This document shows, one piece after another, positions 14,114 through 26,179 of a stretch of 64,000 bases of DNA. Below the pieces are notes generated by a model, which was not told the DNA's origin, did no database searches, and saw nothing but the letters and a program-made list of their open reading frames with translations. The stretch lies in NCBI RefSeq assembly GCF_009914755.1, contig NC_060947.1, one strand, 5' to 3'. Origin of the DNA: the human T2T-CHM13v2.0 reference genome, Homo sapiens. The translations under genes were made by a program, and so were the position numbers. The number at the start of each line of letters is the position of its first letter. Within the stretch, counting starts at the first letter, position 1.

Positions 14114-15894
14114 TAGCCTATGAAACTTGATCTAGTTTTCTTTTTGTCCTATTCTCTAAGAATAGTGACTCTTTCCCCAACGCTGACCATTTCTGAGTAT
14201 TTTCTCTTTCTCTCTCTCTCTCTGTCTGTCTTTTTTTTTTTTAGCTCTCAGCTACATCGGCGCTAAAGGCAGATTTCCTTGCTTCATTTCATTGGCACTC
14301 TTTAGTGTCGATATTAAAGACACTTGAAGAGAGCCATAATCAGAGGCAAAAGGAAAAGCAAATGTTGAACAAATGTCTGATCTGCTGGGTTTCATGATTT
14401 CCACTTTGTACCATTTCTATGAGCATCAACACACTGAATCGTTTCACATTGTCATGCCCAAGCCTTCTCCCATTAAAGCCGGTGTACTTGTTCTGCTGAA
14501 GTTCCAGCGGCAGAGAGGAGCGTGTGTCACAGGCATGCAAAGAAACACATACAACCACCCACAGGTTGCATTTCCAAAGCAGTTACACATGCCTCCTGTA
14601 GAGGGCCACAATTTCTTATTTGACAAGATCACATAGACTCCCAATTCAACTGCAGGAGTGACTTCGTTTCCCATAAAATGGCCGGTGTTTGGCAGTGGTG
14701 CTACATCCCGATCTTCTCTCAGCACTTGAAGCCAGCTCTCTCTAACCCTGCAGTCATTGGTATCTGCAATGCATCAACTCACTTTCGATGGCTGGCCAGC
14801 TCCAGTGTGAGTTAGCACGGTAATTTGTCATTGATGAAAAACTTTCAATGTTGAAATTTTGGTGAGGAAAGTCCTGCAAGAACAAATCTCCCTAAACTAG
14901 ACATCTTGATATGTGTCTCTAAAATACATCTCTCTCTCTTAAAAAAATTAAAGTCCACCTACCTGTGTTCTCACATACCCCTTTTTTGAACAGTACTACT
15001 CGTTATGTCCTCATTTCAAACTATTAAAAATAGGTATTTATATAGATTTTCTCAAATTACACCCTAAGCTCCTTCCTACTTTAGGGCATCGTTTGCGCTT
15101 ATAACTTAGTACATCCAAAACATCCAAAACATTTCTGCTCTAATTTGGGTAAACTTCCTCCTAGTTCACTCAGAAAATATTTTCTTACGTCACTCCACCG
15201 AAGTGTTTTGCAACATAAATGGCCATGGTAGTCACTGAACAAGTCTTAAATAAATCATCTGAAGAGGGTAAAGGTATTCAAATACACACTGGTAATAAGC
15301 AAGTAAGAGGATTTAAATGCCTTCTGCACTTCTGATTCACATAATGCTTTATACAGACATAGTAGCTGCTTTCTACCTTTTTCTGCCATGCATTTCCTAT
15401 TCACTTTCTTGGCTTATGAAGTCATTGACCTTTGCCTGTGGTGATAAATCACACTTCCTCTATGAAATATCTGGATTTGGGAATAACTAAGAATCTGCAT
15501 GCATGCATTGCATGGGGTGAAGATTTTTCCCTTTCTATTTTATTTTTCAGAAATGAACTTGTAAGGAGCTTTGGAGAAGAGTTTTGAGGTTGGTGCTTCC
15601 TAATTGAGTTCAGAGGATAGTTGTATTTGTGACTCAGGGGAATGCTACCAAAAACCAATAGTGGAAGAGTCTCTTAAAATCAGATTAATTTGACAACCTC
15701 CCTCTGTGGTCATCTCTTTAAACAGTCACCTCATGCTTGCCCAAAGGGCTTAGGAAAAATAAAGCCATGGTTTTAGAATTGTGGGTTATATGCATGGTAA
15801 ATAATACAGACTTTCCCTTGGCAGAACTAAGAACAGCTTTCTCTGCTGGATCTGCAATGGTGACCCAGTGTGAGCCCCTAATTTAGGAGCAGAC

Positions 15895-16255
15895 TGTAAT
15901 AGTTCGTTTTCTTGCTGCTGATAAAGACGTACCTGAGATTGAGTAATTTACCAAGAAAAAGAGGTTTAATGGACTCACAGTTCCATGTGGCTGGGGAGGC
16001 CTCACAATCATGGCAGAAGGCAAAAGGCACATCTTACATGGCGGCAGACCAGAGAGAATGAGAGCCAAGTGAAAGGGGAAACCATTTATAAAACCATCAG
16101 ATCTCGCGAGACTTGTTCACTACCAGGAGAACAGTAAGGGGGAAATTGCCCCCATGATTCAATTACCTCCCACCAGGTTCCTCCCACAACACGTGGGAAT
16201 TATGGGAGTTACAATTCAAGATGAGATTTGGGTGGAGACACAGCCAACCATATCA
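15895..16255 (-). mobile_element. THE1B-like solo LTR
   Basis: TGTAATAGT...CCATATCA termini; perfect 5-bp TSD CAGAC. Confidence 0.95.
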
Positions 16256-16949
16256 CAGACACAGGGGGACCAGGTGTCCACCTGATGGAAAGTATAGTTT
16301 ATGAGATCCATTCTGTCAGAGATGAAACGAGCATTTTTCCATCTCTGCGGCAGATATTTATTCAAAACTTCTATTTGCCTCTCTCTGCTATCATTCCTGT
16401 GATTTCAATTTCATCTGTGCCTATTCTCCATTCTATTGTCCAACATATTTTTTTTTTCTGGTGAAGGAAATTATGTTATAGTGAAATAAGATAGCATCTT
16501 GATGCCTGAAATTTACAGCTTTTACCATCACTCTGTCACCCCAAAGACACCAGGTTTATGGAATGCTGAAAGAGTCCTCTGTGGATTCCAAGGTAAAGCC
16601 ATCAGGGAGAAAGTATCTTTCAAACCTGTGCTGATTTTTCATAGAATGCTACATAGAATCCAGATGCTGTTCTTCTCACATGATCCTCACATTTATTAAT
16701 CAAACATGAGTAAGCAGAGGCCATGTCTACTACTAGATGACCCACTTGCAGATTTTTGCCTCATCGTGCTGTGTTTCTAAGTTCTGCATTCTTAGAAATA
16801 TCATTATCCAAACTAAAATGTTTCACTGTGAGATCCTACAGAGATCCACGGATCTACAAAGAAATATTGCTTGTTTTATCACCCCCACAGATCATCAGAA
16901 AAATAATTATAACAAATTAAAATCCAGTGAAATAACAACAGAAGTGAGC

Positions 16950-17502
16950 GCATATGCTTATGAAAATATAAACACATAAATGGTCACTGCATCATTATTC
17001 ACATTAGCCAAAAACTAGAAAAAACTCAAATGGCCACCCACAAGGCAGCATAAATAAATGTTTAATGAATTCATAAAATTGAATACAAGCAGTGACAATA
17101 AATGAATATTAGAATGAAGGGACTCAAACAACTTACAATGACATGGACAAATGTCAAAAACATAATGCTGAATGAAATTAGCCAGACATAAAAGACATCT
17201 TCTAAAGGGTTTTATTCACATAATATTCAAAACAGACAAAACACATTTATGATGGTAGGTATTGGAAGTGTGGTTACTATGGGGAAGTTACTGGAAGAGG
17301 AATTAAGAAGGTTTCTCAGGTGGTGATAGTGTTCTGTTTCTTGATTTGTCGTGATTTTGTTTTATAGGATAAATTTGCGTTTTCAAAGAAAAAGTTTGGG
17401 CACTTTTCCTTTGTGAAAAATTCATTGCATGGTACACTTAGGATTTGTGCACACTTTCCTGTAATTATGCTATACTTTAATTTAAAAGTTTACTTAAAAA
17501 AT
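16950..17502 (+). mobile_element. Ancient L1ME-type 3' end
   Basis: CATTATTCACATTAGCCAAAAAC, ACATAATGCTGAATGAAATTAGCCAGAC, GTACACTTAGGATTTGTGCAC. Confidence 0.7.
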
Positions 17503-17573
17503 TAAGTATGAAAAAGAAATTTATGAAGTGGAGCAACCTAAAGCTCTCAACTAGCTTACTTAGAGTAACTACA

Positions 17574-17930
17574 TGTATTAGTCTGTTCTTATGCTGCTTA
17601 TAAAGACATGCCAGAGAGACTGGGTAATTTGTAAAGAAAGATGTTTAATGGACTTACACTTCCACATGGCTGGGGAGGCCTCACAATCACAGTGGAAGGT
17701 GAATGAGGAGCAAAGGCATGTCTTACATGGCAGCAGGCAAGAGAGCATGTGCAGGGGAACTCCCATTTATAAAACCATCAGATCTTGTGTGACTTATTCA
17801 CTACCACAAGAACAGTATGGGGAAAACTGCACCCATGATTCATTTATCTCCACCTGGCCCCACCCTTAACACATGGGAATTATTACAATTCAAGGTGAGA
17901 TTTGGGTGGGGACACAGCCACCCCATATTA
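17574..17930 (-). mobile_element. THE1 (C/D-like) solo LTR
   Basis: TGTATTAGTC...CCATATTA; TSD CTACA / CTACC. Confidence 0.93.
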
Positions 17931-18386
17931 CTACCACAGACACGTGATTCTTGCATGGGATTAAACATGTTCCCTAAGACAAACAGATCATATTCCCATA
18001 ATAATTGCATATCCTTATTAAACACCGTCAGCAACTTCATGAGGAGTGGAATAAGACTCCTAACATGGTGGGATTGGTGGATGTGCCAGTCTCATTTTCT
18101 GAGACTTTGGAAGCTTGATTCCATTCTAGAGTTTGTATCTGGGACTACAAGTGTGGTTCAAGTCTCATGTCTCTGAAACTCCATAAAAGCCTGGCCCCTG
18201 GTGCAATAGTCTGCACCTACTTTTTTCCTTGCCTCTACCAGGGAACCCCTAAACTCAAGTTTCTGTCTTTCTGTGAAGCACTTCTAATTCTTGATATCAA
18301 AAATAACCAGCTTGGATCATCTCTGCCTCCTTCTAGACAAAATCCAGCTATATTGGGGCTTCATCCACACCAATATGATTGCATTA

Positions 18387-19396
18387 CAGTTGGCCCTTTG
18401 GTAACTCAGGGGTTAGGAGGGCCGACAGACAAAAATCTGTAGATAGCTTTTGGTTTATTTTTAAATTGTAGATTCAGGGGATACATATGATGATTGGCTA
18501 CATGGATATATTTTGTATATTGGGGTTTGGACTTCTATTGAATCTGCCACCCAAATAGTGAACATAGTACCCAATGGGTAGTTTTTCATCCCTTATCCCC
18601 CACCCTTACTCTCCCTTTTTGGAATCCTCAGGGTCTATTGCTCCCATCTTTATGTCCACATGTACCCATTTTTTTAGCTCCTATTTGTAAGTGAGAATGT
18701 ACAGTGAGAATATGCAGTATTTAACTTTCTGTTTCTGCATTAACTCACTTAGAATAACGATCAACAGCTGCATCCATGATGCTGTAAAGGGCATGATTTC
18801 ATCCTTTTAATGGCCGTGTAATATTCCATAGTGTATATGTGCCATATTTTCTTTATGCAACCCACTGTTAATGGACCCTGAGGTTGATTCCATATCTTTG
18901 CTATTGTAAGTAGGACTGAAATGAACATACTAGTGCAGGTGTTTTTTTGATAAAACAATTACTTTTCTTTTGGGTAGTTACCCAGTAGTGTGATTGCTGG
19001 GTCAACTGGCAGTTCTAGAAAATCCATGTAAAATTTTTGCACCTCCAAAACTTTATTAATAACCTATTGTTGACTGGAAGCCTTACTCATAACTTAAACA
19101 TCAACTAACACATATTTTGTATGTGATATGCATCATACACTGTATTCTTACAATGAACTAGAGAAAAGAAAATGTTACTAAGAAAATCATAAAGAAGAGA
19201 AAATATACTTACTATTCATTAAGTGGAAGTGGATCACCATAAAGCTTTTCATCTTCATCATCTTCACATTGAGTAGGCTGAGGAGGAGAAGGAAGAGGAG
19301 TTGGTCTTGCTGTCTCAACGGTGGCAGAGGAGAATGAAAAGCCATGCTTAAAGTGGACCCACACAGTTCAGACCTGTGTTGTTCAAGGGTCAACTG
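18387..19396 (+). mobile_element. Tigger2a-like DNA transposon split by an L1
   Basis: TIRs CAGTTGGCCCTTTG / TTCAAGGGTCAACTG, each flanked by TA; characteristic internal sequence at 19018-19396. Confidence 0.85.
18452..19017 (-). mobile_element. L1PB/L1PA17-like 3' fragment inserted in Tigger2a
   Basis: ORF 18761-18958(-) is the ORF2 C-terminus (MFISVLLTIAKIWNQP..MEYYTAIK); antisense L1 3'UTR. Confidence 0.85.
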
Positions 19397-19521
19397 TACC
19401 GTGGCTCTTCTGATCACAGGAAATGATTGCCTTGTTTTGTTAGTCTCCGTGATGTTTTTTGGTCTCTCCTTTTATTATTTTATTTATTTAAGCAGGAAAA
19501 GAACATTCCAGAGTAAATCAC

Positions 19522-19638
19522 TGTCAGGCCTCTGAGCCTAAGCTAAGCCATCATATCCCCTGTGACCTGCAGGTATACATCCAGATGGCCTGAAGTAACT
19601 GAAGAACGACAAAAGAAGTGAAAATGGCCTGTTCCTGC
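19522..19638 (+). mobile_element. HERV-H LTR7 (LTR7B/Y-like) 5' U3 fragment only
   Basis: TGTCAGGCCTCTGAGCCTAAGCTAAGCCATCATATCCCCTGTGACCTGCA..CATCCAGATGGCCTGAAGTAACTGAAGA; stops at GTTCCTGC. Confidence 0.88.
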
Positions 19639-20610
19639 ACAAATAATTAAAATGCTCCACCACACCTTGTATAAAAAGTGTTCAGTTGATGCCAATGTCA
19701 TGGATCATTTTTAATCACAAATACGTTAGAGTAAACAAGGTAAACACCCAGTATCAGAATCCTATGATTAAGGAAGCACTTTCCTTAGTGTCTTAAAAAA
19801 AGAAAAAATAAACATAAGGAAAAAAAGAGAAACGGTTGCTTTGGTAAAATAAACACACTGGATGACCGGCAATTCATTGCTTAAATTTTGAAATCTGGTA
19901 GTGAAAAGACAATGTAGCAGCTAAAAGGGGATGATAAATATAAGCATTTGCATAATGAAAATGTTTATTTCTTATTTAAAAGAGTATAATGTGTTTCCAT
20001 GGAAACACTAATGTTCTCATTCAACTGCACCAGGGTGGCAAATTTTATTTGCATCATTTTAATCTTTACTAGTTTTTCTTTTTATTTTTTCCTGAATGCC
20101 TTCTAATTTAGTCAAGTGTTGCCAGAATTTAAAACTTTTTGATTTCCAAATTATCTCAGTTGTTAACCTGATGAAATTTTACCTGCGGTTTTGACATCCC
20201 AGAATATGGCAACAAGAGCTCAGCATGATAAAGTAATGCAAATTTTAGTCACAAAATTGAAACCTTTACCATCTAAATATACACCAAGTAAGATTTTTTT
20301 GAAAAAATACAGAAATAGCTTATATAAACATAAATTGAACGGAAGCTTATTTAGTGACGTTCAGATGATCAAGTTTACTAATACTTTAAATTGTTACTAT
20401 TCTCTGTTATTTATCCCTCATACTATTCAGATACTTTTATTTGTTTTCAATCTTATAAATATTTATTTCAAGCAAATGAATAAGGGTCCCGGGAAACTGA
20501 AGTACTATCTATCGTGGATTTACATGACAGTAAATATCCACAGCCCCCATTCCATGACTGACTCCCTCTCACTCTCTCTCTCTCTGTGAGTATCTCTCTC
20601 TCCATGTTGT

Positions 20611-21061
20611 TGTGAACCCTGAAAATCTGAGACAAGTCTCAGTTAATTTAGAAAGTTTATTTTGCCAAGGATGAGGACTCGTGCTCATGATATAGTCTCA
20701 GGTGGTCCTAATGACATGTGCCCAAGGTGGTCAGAGCACACTTTGATTGTACACATTTTAGAGATACATGAGACATCAATCAACAAGATTCGCTCTGGAA
20801 AGGCGGGCTAACCCGCCAAAGGTGAGACAACTTGAAGTTGGAGGGGGCTTCCTGGTCATAGGTAGATAAGAGACAAATATTTGCATTCTTTTGTGTTTCT
20901 GATTAGCCTCTCCAAAGGAGGCAATCACATATGCATTTATCTCAGTGAGTAGAGGGGTGACTTTGAATAGAATGGGAGGCAGGTTCGCCCTAAGCAGTTC
21001 CCAGCTAGACTTTTCCCTTTAGCTTAGTCATTTTAAGGGCCCAAGATATTTTCCTTTCACA
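20611..21061 (-). mobile_element. MER4A-family ERV1 solo LTR
   Basis: TGTGAACCCTGAAAATCTGAGAC...CCCAAGATATTTTCCTTTCACA; near-TSD TTGT / TTGC. Confidence 0.88.
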
Positions 21062-21590
21062 TTGCATTCACTTTTTTGTCTATCACTTACTTTCAAAAGA
21101 ATTCTAACTAATCCTGATGCCACCAGGCGTGAAGACATTGTTATCAAGTAGTTGGGAATAATCAAGAGAACATTTAAACACTTGATGAGAGACAGTCCCT
21201 CAACCACATAGTGTACAGAAAATGATGCTGTTATCTTTCCCTGCAAATAAGTTGTCCTCCATCTGAAGACAGAGCTAATCCATGCAAATCCATCTCATCC
21301 AGTGTGAGAAAATGGTCCTAATATTAAGAAAAACATGTTTTATTAGCAAGGAGGTAGGAGGTATCCACTCTGCTTCAAGGATTAATAATTAATCACATTT
21401 CTCTATTTCCATGCCAACACTGAGAAATTATTTAGCCTGATACAGTCTTCTTGAATTGATATTATTTCTTTTGTAATTTTATTTTAGAAAAACAGGTTAA
21501 CTTTTAAAATTTATCTTAAAGGTAAATATCAGAGAAAAATATTACAGGTTTATTATATAAATAAAATTTTAAAAATCAACATTTTCACAA

Positions 21591-21673
21591 AGCAGTTACT
21601 TTTGTAAAATTAACATATTGTATCACTTGCAAGTCATTGCTTAAATTTTGAAATTTGGTAGCAAGAAAACAAT
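21591..21673 (+). repeat. Diverged direct copy of 19831-19913
   Basis: 83 bp ungapped alignment, 17 mismatches by hand count (~80%). Confidence 0.85.
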
Positions 21674-21712
21674 ACAACACATATACATAATATTCTATAT
21701 AGAATATATAAT

Positions 21713-21867
21713 AAAGATATGTTTTACATGACCAAAAGATTTTTAAGACAATATCAATAGCTAATGTTTCTTCACACAGGCAATAATCATTCACAGTTCT
21801 GTACACCTACACAAAAAGCTATAAAGAGTTATTGTTCTATTATCTCAGCAATTGGTACTATTTAAGT
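21713..21867 (-). repeat. Inverted copy of 22272-22426
   Basis: 155 bp ungapped, 12 mismatches (~92%); also visible as paired ORFs 21585-21806(-) and 22333-22581(+). Confidence 0.97.
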
Positions 21868-21952
21868 TAGGTGCCAACTGCCCCATGTATACTCCTAATG
21901 ACCAAACACAAAGCAAGATTCAGCTGAGCTGAGTGTCTGATCCCTCTCTTTC
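21868..21952 (+). repeat. Direct copy of 22947-23031
   Basis: 85 bp ungapped, 5 mismatches (~94%), TAGGTGCCAACTGCCCCATGTAT... Confidence 0.97.
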
Positions 21953-23304
21953 CATATAGAATACAATGTATAATATAATAAATATATACTATATTATGTA
22001 TATATAATAAATGTGTATATAATTACATTTACGAATTTGTAATGTGCTTGTGTGTGTATATTCTGCATTTCATATTTTAAGCTCCTTTTCTTTCAAGTGA
22101 TGAATGTGAACTACAAGAAACATGATATGGGAGGTCCCACCAAAACTAAGAGTAACATTTAAATAACATTTTTAATGTTTAATGTTTAAATAACATTTCT
22201 TCAGGAATTTAACTTTTTGCATTGCACAGTGAATATGTTCTGTTTGACTCACAGTACACACATGCAACTTTACTTAAATAGTACCAGTTGCTGAGATAAT
22301 AGGACAATAACTCCTTATAGAATTTTGTGTAGGTGTATAGCACTGTGAATGATTATTGCCTGCTTAAAGAAACATTAGCTATTGATATTGTCTTAAAAAT
22401 CTTTTGGTCACGTAAACCATATCTTTCTTTCTTTGTCCATTTCAGAACTTGGAGTAGCTGCATACCATCCCAGAATCCAATTAGCTTGCATAGTGTTAAT
22501 TACCTGAGAATATATCATCCCGTCATTTACCTTCACACCTTTGATATTGCTAGTAACACCTTTGTAAAAAAGAGTTTCTAGAAATCGGTACAGTCTTTTT
22601 CCCGATCTTAGTTTTCCTTTAAATGATTAATGAAATAAAATAATATGAATTTATTTTGAATAAGAAAGGATTTTTAAAAAAACAAGCGTATCATTGTTGC
22701 AGAAAATATTTCCACCTATCTATTTCTCTCTCTTTGGAAAAGATCATGATGAATGTCCTGAAATACAGATTCAACAAGCGTATGGTTAGTGTCTGTACAT
22801 GTTAAAGAGGCAAAATGATGATACTTCGGAGCATGAATTGTTTCATAGCCTTTTCTCCCCTAAATAAGGTTAACTAGCAGTGGTGAGGATGCTGCCAGTT
22901 CTAACAGTCTAAACCTGACCAAGCAGCCTTGAGTTTTTCTTAGGACTAGGTGCCAACTGCCCCATGTATTCTCCTAATGAGCAAACACAAAGCAAATTTC
23001 AGCTGAGCTGAGTGTCTGATCTCTCTCTTTCATGGCCAAGCCCAAGAGATAGGAACAGACAGGCATGGATGTATTGGTGCTCACCCAGATGCTAAAGCAG
23101 TACCTGGTGTGACAGTTACAGAGTCCGTGGCTACCAATCCAGGTAGAGTTAAGGTTCAAAATACCAACCTTTAACTCCAAGTCGATGCTATGACTCTCAC
23201 TGGATACCAAAAAGAATACCTGTTCGTGTTTCGTGGGCCTTCTGTTCATCAAGGATTGCCATAACCCATCCTCTTTGATGTGCCTCAGGGAGCCAATGTA
23301 AATT

Positions 23305-23860
23305 TATTTTTCTTCTCCTCTCCCTCCTTTCTTTTCCTCTTCAATCTTCTTTCCTTCCTTCTTTCCTTTCATCCGTCCCTCCTTCCTTCCTTCTTCCATT
23401 TCTTCTTTCTCTTTTCCCTTCCTCCCTCCCTCTTTCCCTTCCTTCTTTTATTCTTTCCTTCCTTCCTTCCTTCTTCCTTCTTCACTTCACTTCTTCTTTT
23501 GTTATTTCCTTCCTTCTTTTCTTCTTCCTTCTTTCCTGTCTCCCCCCTTCCTTTAGTCCTTCCTTCCTTCCTTCTTCTTTCTTTTTTCCTCCCTCTCTTT
23601 TTTCCTTTCTTTCCTTCCCTCCCTTCCTTCCTTCCTCCCTCTCTCCCTCCCTCCCCTCTTCCTTTTGTTTCCTTCCTTTCTTCTTTCTTTCCTCCCTCCC
23701 TGCTTTCTTTTCCTTCCTTCCCTCCCTCCCTTTCTCTCTTTCTTCTTCCTTACTCTCTTCTTTCCTTCCTTCCTTTCTTCCCTTCCTTCCATCTGTCCTT
23801 CCTTTATTTCCTTTCTTTCTCTCTTCCTTCCTTCTTCTTTGTCTCTCTGTTTTTTTTTTT
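23305..23860. repeat. Polypyrimidine low-complexity tract
   Basis: Direct; about 550 bp of TTCC/CTCC/TTTC. Confidence 0.95.
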
Positions 23861-24154
23861 AATTTTCCATTCACTGAATTGAGTCCTGCCTATACAGTTG
23901 AAGCTATGAAATATTAAATTACCACTAGATTATGTGGCAATGGCTAGTGTGGGAGGGATATAGACAAATATAGAAATTCTGTGTGTAACATTATGCCAAA
24001 ATGTTACAGTAAGATTTAAATTGCTTTGTAATGTACCTCCTTGCCCTGTAATTTTTTGGTCTGCTACTTTTTAATTCTGTGTGCTAGTGGGATTTTATTT
24101 TTTGTTATTAAAACAGATCTAGGATTTTCCTTACCAGCATTTTATTAAAATTAA

Positions 24155-24365
24155 GGCTAGCTAATATTTACATGCCTTATTCTGGTTGTTTTAACTACGT
24201 TGAATCATTTAATGCTTACAACATTATGACACAGGATTACTGCACTTTTACAAGAGGAGACTGGCCCAGAGAGATTAAATAAGTCATCCAAAATCACACC
24301 TTAGGGACAAACCTAGGGTAACAATACAGAGCTAGAAATCCAGAGCTCATATTCTATTCCAATAT
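24155..24365. mobile_element. MIR remnant
   Basis: TCATTTAATGCTTACAAC..TTTTACAAGAGGAGACTGGCCCAGAGAGATTAAATAAGT..CCAAAATCACA resembles the MIR core. Confidence 0.6.
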
Positions 24366-24404
24366 ATTACATATACCCCATTGGTGCATTGAAGATAAAT
24401 ACCA

Positions 24405-24717
<313 letters not shown>

Positions 24718-24769
24718 TTAATGCAGGTGCTAACACCAAATTTATGTACACATCCTTATAGGTATGTGT

Positions 24770-24910
24770 GTAGACAGAGTGATAGATGGATAGGTAGGTA
24801 GATATATACATAGATATTAGATGGATCATACAAGGATAGATAATAGATAGACATAGTTATAGGTAGACAGATGATACAAGGATAGATGACAGGTAGATAG
24901 ATAGATAATC
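24770..24910. repeat. Degenerate (GATA)n
   Basis: Direct. Confidence 0.8.
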
Positions 24911-24929
24911 AATGGTGATGAACTTTTCA

Positions 24930-25420
<491 letters not shown>

Positions 25421-25473
25421 GACAATACTATATTTTCTAAAATTAGAAAATGTAGCAATAAGATTGGTGTTAC

Positions 25474-25886
25474 TAAGGGAGGAGACCACCCCTCATATCG
25501 TCTTATGCCCAATTTCTGCCTCCAAAGAAAGAAGAAGTAAAAACGAAAAGGCAGAAATGAAATCCACAAGTAGACAGCCTGGTGCCACACCCTGGGCCTG
25601 GTAGTTAAAGATCGACCCCTGACCTAATCGGTTATGTTATCTACAGATTACAGACGTTGTATAGAAAAGCACTGTGAAAATCCCTGTCCTGTTCTGTTCC
25701 GATCTAATTACCGGTGCATGCAGCCCCCAGTCACGTACCCCCTGCTTGCTCAATCAATCACGACCCTCTCACGTGCACCCCTTTAGAGTTGTGAGCCCTT
25801 AAAAGGGACGGGAATTGCTCACTTGGGGAGCTCGGCTCCTGAGACAGGAGTCTTGCCAACACTCCTGGCCGAATAAACCTGCAACA
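25474..25886 (+). mobile_element. LTR2 (HERV-E) solo LTR, shortened after the poly(A) signal
   Basis: TAAGGGAGGAGACCACCCCTCATATCGTCTTATGCCCAATTTCTGCCTCC start; CCCTTAAAAGGG TATA-like box; GAATAAA at about 25871. Confidence 0.88.
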
Positions 25887-26179
25887 AACACATTTCACAT
25901 GGTATTAGTTTGATAGCTTTTTATCACTAAAGCGCATTCTCGGAATTTGTCCTCATCCTTATATTTCTCTGATAACTAGAAAGTTTTAAGTGAAAAGTAG
26001 TGAAGCAATTTTCTCCAATTACCTGAAACTATCTCAGACTTTTCTCTGAATATTTTGCCTGAAGTAGTGATTATTACCTATTTTGTGCAGGCATGTAAAG
26101 GAAGCAATTTGGTGTACAGGTTGAGCCATCTAATTGCAAGCCCCAGGAAATAAGAGCATTATGATTATGTTGCAGTGTG

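Noticed and set aside
15895-17930. Two same-strand THE1 LTRs 1.3 kb apart as a full THE1 element
   Set aside because: Different subfamily features, separate TSDs (CAGAC versus CTACA/CTACC), and the interval holds an L1ME remnant rather than THE1-int
21585-22581. Two similar 73 aa and 82 aa ORFs on opposite strands, resembling a paralogous small-protein pair
   Set aside because: Similarity is confined to the DNA inverted repeat, both start at GTG, and there is no synonymous bias or gene structure
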